Origin: Desulfovibrio sp.
GTDB taxonomy: Bacteria > Desulfobacterota > Desulfovibrionia > Desulfovibrionales > Desulfovibrionaceae
Direction of reading: 5' to 3'
Assembly: GCA_031548905.1 (NCBI GenBank)
Contig: JAVBQP010000034.1
Location: 46,746-110,745 of the forward strand
DNA length: 64,000 nt
In this document: one piece after another, positions 55,047 through 61,469 of the stretch
Layout of the letters: the number at the start of each line of letters is the position of its first letter
Position numbering within the stretch: position 1 is the first letter of the stretch
Translations under genes and position numbers: made by a program
Notes under the pieces: generated by a model
What the model was told of the DNA's origin: nothing
Database searches by the model: none
Seen by the model: the letters and a program-made list of their open reading frames with translations, nothing else

Positions 55047-58000
55047 ATGGACCAGCAGCTTGAGCAGAAGATCGTCGAACGCGGCAAAGCCTTTTTCAAA
55101 AGCATCAGCGGAGAGGCTCCTTCCATTTTCAACAAAGGGTTCTGGACCGGTAAAGTCATGGACTGGGCCATGCAGAACGAGGAATTCAAGGTCCAGCTCT
55201 TCCGCTTTGTGGACGTGCTGCCCTACCTGAACACGTCCGAATCCCTCCTGCGCCACATCCGCGAATACTTTTCCGGCGGCGAGGCCGACGTGCCCAAGGT
55301 ACTCAAATGGGGCGCCGGCGCGGCCGGTTTCGGCGGGGCCATCACCGGCAAGATCATGGGCTCGGCCATCCGCTCGAACATCGAAGGCATGGCCCGGCAG
55401 TTCATCATCGGCGAGAACGTCAAAGAAGCCATGAAAGGTCTGGCCAAACTGCGCAAGGACGGCTTCACCTTCACCGTGGACCTGCTCGGCGAGGCCTCGG
55501 TCAGCGAGGAGGAAGCCGACGCCTACGCGGCCGGCTACCATGAGGTGCTCGACGCCATGGCCGCCGAGCAGGCCAAATGGGCCGCCCATTCCGGCAACGG
55601 CCCGGAAGCCGGCTTCGACTGGGGCGCCACGCCCAAGGTCAACGTCTCGATCAAGCCCTCGGCCTTGTATTCCCAGGCGAAACCCGTGGATGTGGAAGAT
55701 TCCGTCCAGGGCATCTACAAGCGCCTGGAACCCATCTACCGCAAGGTCGTGCAGATGGGCGGCTTTCTGTGCATCGACATGGAGCAGCTCAAGTACAAGG
55801 AAATCACCATCGAGCTGTTCAAGCGCCTGCGCTCGGCTCCCGAATTCCGCGCCTATCCGCACCTGGCCATTGTCCAGCAGGCCTACCTGGTGGACTGCGA
55901 AAAGGATGTCGAGGGCCTGATCGCGTGGGGCCGCAAAGAAAACCTGCCCTTCGGCCTGCGTCTGGTCAAGGGCGCGTACTGGGACGCCGAAACCGTCTCG
56001 GCCAAGCAGAACGGCTGGCCCATCCCGGTCTGGACCCACAAGCCGGAATCCGACGCCGCGTACGAGCGCATCGCCAAAAAAATCCTCCAAAACCAGGATC
56101 TGGTCTATTTCGCCTGCGCCTCGCACAACGTGCGGACCATCGCGGCGATCATGGAGATGGCCAAGTCCCTGAACGTGCCGGATCACCGTCTGGAGTACCA
56201 GGTGCTTTACGGCATGGGCGAGCCGGTGCGCAAAGGGCTGCTCAACGTGGCCGGCAAGGTGCGTCTGTATTGCCCCTACGGCGAACTGATTCCCGGCATG
56301 GCCTATCTGGTGCGCCGGCTGCTGGAAAACACGGCCAACGAATCTTTCCTCAAGCAGAGCTTCGCCGACGGCGCCGAGCTTGACCGCCTGCTGGAAAACC
56401 CCCTGGTCGCCCTGGAGCGCGAAAAGGCCGAGAAAGCCGCCAAGGCCGCTCCTCCGGCGCCCAAAAAAGAATCGATCTTCCCGCCCTTCGCCAACGAGGC
56501 CATGATCGACTTCACCGTGCCGGCCAACCGCGCGGCCTTTGTGGAGGGCATGGCCCTGGTGCGCAAAACGGCCGGCCGGACCCTGCCCCTGTATATCAAC
56601 GGCCGCGAGGTCGTGACCGAAGACCAGATCCCCACCACCAACCCGGCGAACCCGGCGGAAGTCATCGCCCGGGTCTGTCAGGCCGGCCGGGCCGAGATTG
56701 ATCAGGCCGTGGCCGCGGCCAAGGCCGCCTTTCCGGCTTGGCGCGACACGCCGCCCGCCGATCGGGCCATGATCCTGCACCGCGCGGCCGACATCGCCCG
56801 CCGGCGGATGTTCGAGCTTTCGGCCGTGCAGATTCTCGAGGTTGGCAAGCAGTGGGATCAATCCTTCCACGACGTGGGCGAGGGCATCGACTTTCTGGAA
56901 TACTACGCCCGCGACATGCTTCGTCTGGCCGCGCCGCGCCGCATGGGCCGGGCCCCGGGCGAGCACAACACGCTCTTTTACCAGCCCAAGGGCATCGCGG
57001 CGGTCGTCTCGCCCTGGAACTTCCCCTTCGCCATCGCCATCGGCATGGTTTCGGCCGCCCTGGTCACCGGCAACCCGGTGATCTTCAAGCCGGCCTCCAT
57101 CGCCTCCACCGTGGGCTACGGCCTGACGGAGATCTTCAAGGAAGCCGGCCTGCCCGCCGGGGTCTTCAACTACTGCCCCGGCCGCAGCTCGGTTATGGGC
57201 GACTACCTGGTGGAGCACCCGGATATCGCCTTGATCGCCTTTACCGGCTCCATGGACGTGGGCCTGCATATCGTGGAAAAAGCGGCGGTCACGCGCCCCG
57301 GCCAGAAGCAGGTCAAGCGGGTTATCGCCGAGATGGGCGGCAAGAACGCGATCATCGTGGACGACGACGCCGACCTCGACGAGGCCGTGGTTCAGGTGCT
57401 CTATTCCGCTTTCGGCTTCCAGGGCCAGAAGTGCTCGGCCTGCTCGCGGGTCATCGTACTCGACGCCATTTACGACAAGTTTATCGAGCGCCTGACCAAG
57501 GGCGCCCAGGCCCTGAAGATCGGCCCGTCCGAAGATCCGCTCAACTACATGGGCCCGGTGGCCGACGCCAACCAGCAGAAAAACGTTCTGGAATACATCA
57601 AGATCGCCGAGTCCGAAGGCCGGGTGCTGGTCAAGCGCACGGACATTCCGGCCGAGGGCTGCTACGCGCCCCTGGTCATCGTGGACAACATCAGGCCCGA
57701 GCACCGCATCGCCCAGGAGGAAGTTTTCGGGCCGGTACTGGCCGTGATGCGGGCCAAGACCTTTGACGAGGCCATCGAAATAGCCAACTCCACCCGCTTC
57801 GCCCTGACCGGCGGGGTGTTCTCGCGCAGCCCGGAGAACCTGGCCAAGGCCCGGGAGCGTTTCCGGGTGGGCAACCTGTACCTGAACAAGGCATCCACCG
57901 GGGCGATGGTCGAGCGTCAGCCCTTCGGCGGGTTCAATATGTCCGGCGTGGGCTCCAAGACCGGCGGCCCGGATTACCTGATCCAGTTCCTCGACCCGCG

Positions 58001-58067
58001 CGTGGTCACGGAAAACACCATCCGGCGGGGCTTTACGCCCATCGCTGCCGACGACGACTGGGTCTAG
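55047..58067 (+). CDS. putA: Bifunctional proline dehydrogenase / L-glutamate gamma-semialdehyde (P5C) dehydrogenase PutA
   Basis: 1006 aa. PRODH motifs (ASHN, YGMG, RRLLENTANESF) followed by ALDH motifs (EMGGKN, FGFQGQKCSA). Confidence 0.95.
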   Translation: MDQQLEQKIVERGKAFFKSISGEAPSIFNKGFWTGKVMDWAMQNEEFKVQLFRFVDVLPYLNTSESLLRHIREYFSGGEADVPKVLKWGAGAAGFGGAITGKIMGSAIRSNIEGMARQFIIGENVKEAMKGLAKLRKDGFTFTVDLLGEASVSEEEADAYAAGYHEVLDAMAAEQAKWAAHSGNGPEAGFDWGATPKVNVSIKPSALYSQAKPVDVEDSVQGIYKRLEPIYRKVVQMGGFLCIDMEQLKYKEITIELFKRLRSAPEFRAYPHLAIVQQAYLVDCEKDVEGLIAWGRKENLPFGLRLVKGAYWDAETVSAKQNGWPIPVWTHKPESDAAYERIAKKILQNQDLVYFACASHNVRTIAAIMEMAKSLNVPDHRLEYQVLYGMGEPVRKGLLNVAGKVRLYCPYGELIPGMAYLVRRLLENTANESFLKQSFADGAELDRLLENPLVALEREKAEKAAKAAPPAPKKESIFPPFANEAMIDFTVPANRAAFVEGMALVRKTAGRTLPLYINGREVVTEDQIPTTNPANPAEVIARVCQAGRAEIDQAVAAAKAAFPAWRDTPPADRAMILHRAADIARRRMFELSAVQILEVGKQWDQSFHDVGEGIDFLEYYARDMLRLAAPRRMGRAPGEHNTLFYQPKGIAAVVSPWNFPFAIAIGMVSAALVTGNPVIFKPASIASTVGYGLTEIFKEAGLPAGVFNYCPGRSSVMGDYLVEHPDIALIAFTGSMDVGLHIVEKAAVTRPGQKQVKRVIAEMGGKNAIIVDDDADLDEAVVQVLYSAFGFQGQKCSACSRVIVLDAIYDKFIERLTKGAQALKIGPSEDPLNYMGPVADANQQKNVLEYIKIAESEGRVLVKRTDIPAEGCYAPLVIVDNIRPEHRIAQEEVFGPVLAVMRAKTFDEAIEIANSTRFALTGGVFSRSPENLAKARERFRVGNLYLNKASTGAMVERQPFGGFNMSGVGSKTGGPDYLIQFLDPRVVTENTIRRGFTPIAADDDWV

Positions 58068-58195
58068 GGGCGGCCTTTCGGCTTTTGGACTGCGTCAACC
58101 GCGCCTCATCGCTCAGGGGCAGGGCCGAAGAGCCCAGCCCCGTCGTGCTGGGGCGCGGTTTCCTTGCCAAAAGCCGAAAATCCGCCCCTAGACCC
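58060..58195. repeat. 136-bp nested imperfect palindrome (intergenic repeat element, copy B, inverted relative to copy A)
   Basis: Outer inverted repeat TCTAGGGGCGGCCTTTCGGCTTTTGG (58063-58088) / CCAAAAGCCGAAAATCCGCCCCTAGA (58167-58192). Inner inverted repeat AACCGCGCC/GGCGCGGTT. Core hairpin 58116-58141, nearly identical to 8673-8698. The left arm contains the putA TAG stop. Confidence 0.8.
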
Positions 58196-58425
58196 CGGTT
58201 TGTGGTTATGAGTGGGGAGAGAAGAAGAGGAAATGCAGGACCGATCCCCGGTTGTGGTTGCGAGTGGGGGGGAAACATCCCACGGATAATGGCGCATCAT
58301 TGAAGAAAGCTTGGGGGAAGGCTGCCCTATGGTCGCCTGGCCCGCGCCCGACAGAGGCGCGGTGAGCGTGCCGGCCGGGGGGCGGTGATGTCCGCGACCA
58401 CCGGACTCCTCCCATAAGGAAACAC

Positions 58426-59568
58426 ATGCATATCGTTTACGCCCAGCGGGTCTTTTTCCCCACGACGACCGCCCACGCGGTGCATACCTGCACCACGGTG
58501 GGCGAGGTCTCGGCCTTGGGCGTGGGCGTGGATTTTTTCCCCGGCGGCGATCTGGGGCCGGAGCGCGTGAACTTGGCGCGTTTTTACCGGGACTTGGGGT
58601 TCTCCGGGGCGGAGGCCGGCGCCGCCGTGGGTTTTCCTGTACGCTCCCGGGCCCTGTACGGCCTGTGGTTCCGGGCCCGGCTGGCCCTTGGCGGGCGAAA
58701 GGCCGGAGCCGTGTTCCACGCCACCAGCCTGAAAGAGGCGATCATGGCCCTCAGCCTGAAAAAGGCCCTGGGTCTGCGCACGCCGCTGTTTTTTGAAATC
58801 CACCACCTTATTTCGCAGCTCAAGGGCGGCGAAGAGGGGAGACGGCTTCTCGGAATGGAACGCCGGGCCTTTGTCGAGGCCGACGCGATCATCTTCAACT
58901 GCGGGGAGTTACGGGCTCAGGCCGCCGGGCCGCTGCCGGAGCCGAAGGAATCCGTCGTTCTGCCGCTCGGCTTCAACCAGCGGGTGTTCTCTCCCCTGCC
59001 CGATCCGGAGCCGGGAACCCCCTGCCGGGACATCTGCTACGTGGGCACCCTGCAAAAAGGCAAAGGCGTGATGCGCCTGCTCGAACTGTTGGCCCTGTTG
59101 CCGGGGTTCCGCCTGACCGTTGTGGGCGGCAAGCCGGCGGAGCGCCTGGAAGAGATGCGCCGGAAAGCCGAAGCGCGCGGCGTGGCCGATCGCGTCATCT
59201 TCCGCGGCCATGTGCCCCAGGCCGAGATCCGCGAACTGCTGCCGGCCGGGGGGATTTTCGTCATTCCCCTGCATACGGCGGATGATTTTCTGGCGCCCAT
59301 GAAGATGTACGAGGCCCTCGGTCTGGGCCTGCCCATCGTGGCCACGCCCATGCCCTCGCTCAAGGGGTTCCTCACGGAGGGCGAAACCGCTCTGTTCGGC
59401 GAAAGCCCGGAGCCGGCCGCCCTGGCCGCTGTGGTCAAAGCGCTCGCGGAAAATGAGGGCCTGCGCCTGCGGATGCGGGCCGCCTGCCGGGCCAGGGCCG
59501 GGGAGCACACCAACGCCCGCCGGGCTGAACGGCTGGTCGAGCTCTGGGGCGGGAAGGCCGGAACATAA
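58426..59568 (+). CDS. Glycosyltransferase family 4 (GT-B, group 1)
   Basis: 380 aa with a C-terminal GT1 pattern (GRL..EKG...L......F.L.VVG.G...E.....A...G..D.V.F.G.V) and the E..G...VEA-like motif PMKMYEALGLGLPIVAT. Confidence 0.85.
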   Translation: MHIVYAQRVFFPTTTAHAVHTCTTVGEVSALGVGVDFFPGGDLGPERVNLARFYRDLGFSGAEAGAAVGFPVRSRALYGLWFRARLALGGRKAGAVFHATSLKEAIMALSLKKALGLRTPLFFEIHHLISQLKGGEEGRRLLGMERRAFVEADAIIFNCGELRAQAAGPLPEPKESVVLPLGFNQRVFSPLPDPEPGTPCRDICYVGTLQKGKGVMRLLELLALLPGFRLTVVGGKPAERLEEMRRKAEARGVADRVIFRGHVPQAEIRELLPAGGIFVIPLHTADDFLAPMKMYEALGLGLPIVATPMPSLKGFLTEGETALFGESPEPAALAAVVKALAENEGLRLRMRAACRARAGEHTNARRAERLVELWGGKAGT

Positions 59569-59587
59569 CGACACCGGCGCTCATACG

Positions 59588-59636
59588 CCGGTAACGCAAA
59601 AAGCCCCGCGCTCGGCGGGGCTTTTTGCGTTACCGG
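59588..59636. terminator. Bidirectional terminator hairpin (22-bp perfect stem)
   Basis: CCGGTAACGCAAAAAGCCCCGC-GCTCG-GCGGGGCTTTTTGCGTTACCGG, between convergent genes. Confidence 0.7.
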
Positions 59637-59652
59637 CAACGTGCCGGGCCGT

Positions 59653-59880
59653 TTACTGGTTGTGGCCGTAAATGCTGCCGGCCACGCCGCCGAGCACGCC
59701 GCCGACGGCCGCGCCCACACCCCAACTCCCGCCGGCCAGGGCGCTGATGCCCGCGCCGGCCGCCGCGCCCACCACACCGCCGGAAACGGCGCCCTGCTGG
59801 GTCTTGTTCATGTTCGTGCAGGCCCCGACGGGAAGCAACAGCGCCGTCAGCAGGGTCAACACCAGAATTCGCGATTTCAT
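59653..59880 (-). CDS. Glycine-zipper (OsmB/17-kDa antigen-like) lipoprotein
   Basis: Lipobox LPVGAC followed by a Gly/Ala zipper (GGVVGAAAGAGISALAGGSWGVGAAVGGVLGGVAG). Confidence 0.75.
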   Translation of the reverse strand: MKSRILVLTLLTALLLPVGACTNMNKTQQGAVSGGVVGAAAGAGISALAGGSWGVGAAVGGVLGGVAGSIYGHNQ

Positions 59881-60010
59881 ACCAACCTCCTGAGAGCATT
59901 TTCATGCTGAAAATGTCTGTGAAACCATGTGCCGGGCGGTCTTTGAATGCTCCCCGCACGCGGGGTTCGCATTGTCCGGCCTTTTACGGAACGTTCATCC
60001 CCGGCCGGGT

Positions 60011-60469
60011 TCAGCGGCCCGCCCGCGAAGCCTTGTAGGCGGCGGCGACATCTTTGCGTTCCCACGGGGTGAGCTTGGGCTGCACAAAGTGGAGCCAGAG
60101 TACCTCAACAACCTGCCGTTCCCCGTCTTCCGGGTGGGCGGCGGCATAGGTGTCCACGGCGTCACGCATATCCTTGATGGTGACCCCGGCCAGGCCCTTG
60201 ACCCAGCAGCTTGTCAGGCTTTGTTTGAGGGGCAGGGGCTTGCCCTGCCATTCCTTTTCCAGCTCCATCATGGTCACGAACCCGAACAGGAATGCGCCTT
60301 TCTCCTCAACCGACGAGGACTGCCAGTGTTTGATCCGCACACCGGGCATCTGGCCGGCCGTGGCGGCGCCCACTTTGTCGGCGCGGGTTTCGGCGCCGGC
60401 CGGGGCCGCAAGCCCCAGGGCGGCGACCAGGGCCAGAATGATGAACAGGCCGCGCTGTTTCGTCTGCAT
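60011..60469 (-). CDS. Hypothetical periplasmic protein
   Basis: ATG at 60469 with an AGGAG Shine-Dalgarno. Signal peptide MQTKQRGLFIILALVAALGLAAPAGA. No family recognised. Confidence 0.6.
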   Translation of the reverse strand: MQTKQRGLFIILALVAALGLAAPAGAETRADKVGAATAGQMPGVRIKHWQSSSVEEKGAFLFGFVTMMELEKEWQGKPLPLKQSLTSCWVKGLAGVTIKDMRDAVDTYAAAHPEDGERQVVEVLWLHFVQPKLTPWERKDVAAAYKASRAGR

Positions 60470-60697
60470 AGTCGTCTCCTTCAACATGGCGACGGCCGCG
60501 GGAGGCGCCCGTCTTTTTACAGATAATATAGCCGCACACCCCCCGGTGGGCAAGGGGCGCGATCCGTGTCCGGTTTTTTCACTTTGGGCATGTTTTTATC
60601 ATCGCAAAGAATGACGGGATGCTGTATATGATGGAAAACCACTGTACCCATTTTCCGGGTACCCAACCGTCAACGCAACAACCGCAGGAGGTTTCCC

Positions 60698-61276
60698 ATG
60701 GCAGTTGCAAAGAAGAGTTCCGCCGCGTCCAAGGGAGCGGATTCCAAAGAAGCCCGCCGCAAGAAGGTTCTGGAAGTGTTGAACACCGCCCGGGGCATGG
60801 AATTGCACGCCATCAGCCAGTACATGAACCAGCACTATAACCTGGACGACATGGACTACGGCGCGCTGGCCGCGGATCTGAAACTCATCGCCATTGATGA
60901 AATGCGCCATGCGGAAATGTTCGCCGAGCGTATCAAGGAGCTGGGCGGCGAACCCACCACGACTCTGGCCGCCGACGTGAAAAAACGCCAGGATGTGCGC
61001 GCGATCTTCCCTTTCGACACCGATCTTGAAGATGACACCGTGGACGCCTACAACCGGTTTCTGCTGATCTGTCGGGAAAACGGCGACAACATCAGCGCCA
61101 ATCTTTTGGAAAAGATCATCGTGGAAGAGCAGGCCCACTTGAACCATTTTGACAACGTGGCTTCGCACATCAAAAATCTGGGTGACAGCTATCTGTCGAA
61201 AATAGCCGGAACCCCGGCCGAGACCGGCGGCCCGGCCAAGGGTTTCGTCGCCGGCGGCGCAGACCCTGCGGCGTAA
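60698..61276 (+). CDS. bfr: Bacterioferritin / ferritin-like diiron protein with a Lys/Ser-rich N-terminal extension
   Basis: Diiron ligand pattern ELHAISQY...EMRHAEMFAERI...EEQAHLNHF. AGGAGG Shine-Dalgarno. Confidence 0.85.
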   Translation: MAVAKKSSAASKGADSKEARRKKVLEVLNTARGMELHAISQYMNQHYNLDDMDYGALAADLKLIAIDEMRHAEMFAERIKELGGEPTTTLAADVKKRQDVRAIFPFDTDLEDDTVDAYNRFLLICRENGDNISANLLEKIIVEEQAHLNHFDNVASHIKNLGDSYLSKIAGTPAETGGPAKGFVAGGADPAA

Positions 61277-61304
61277 CGGCCCCTTGGGTTCCACCCTTTT
61301 CTTC

Positions 61305-61328
61305 GCCCCGGTTCCGCCGGGGCTTTTT
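61305..61328 (+). terminator. Rho-independent terminator after bfr
   Basis: GCCCCGG-TTCCG-CCGGGGC followed by TTTTT. Confidence 0.65.
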
Positions 61329-61469
61329 CGTGGGAGGAAGGGCGCCGGAGGGGAAAATACGCTTGATTATAGCGGAAGGCTATATTGACAATACTCACTT
61401 GGCCCGCATAGGTTCCAACGGAGTTTGAAGCCGTGGTCGCCGAGTTTTGTCCCGCTGTCCGGAGGTCTG

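Noticed and set aside
55044-57704. 886-aa minus-strand ORF.
   Set aside because: It is an exact antisense shadow of putA, which has unambiguous PRODH and ALDH motifs. The shadow product has no recognisable motifs.
58193-58269. Possible mini-CRISPR (two similar roughly 24-nt repeats with a 28-nt spacer).
   Set aside because: There are only two imperfect copies. The repeats are shorter than typical CRISPR repeats, and there are no cas genes or leader in the window.
60593-60615. Fur box upstream of bacterioferritin (TTTTTATCATCGCAAAGAATGA).
   Set aside because: Only one half-site (TGATAAA on the reverse strand) resembles the consensus. The second half does not match.
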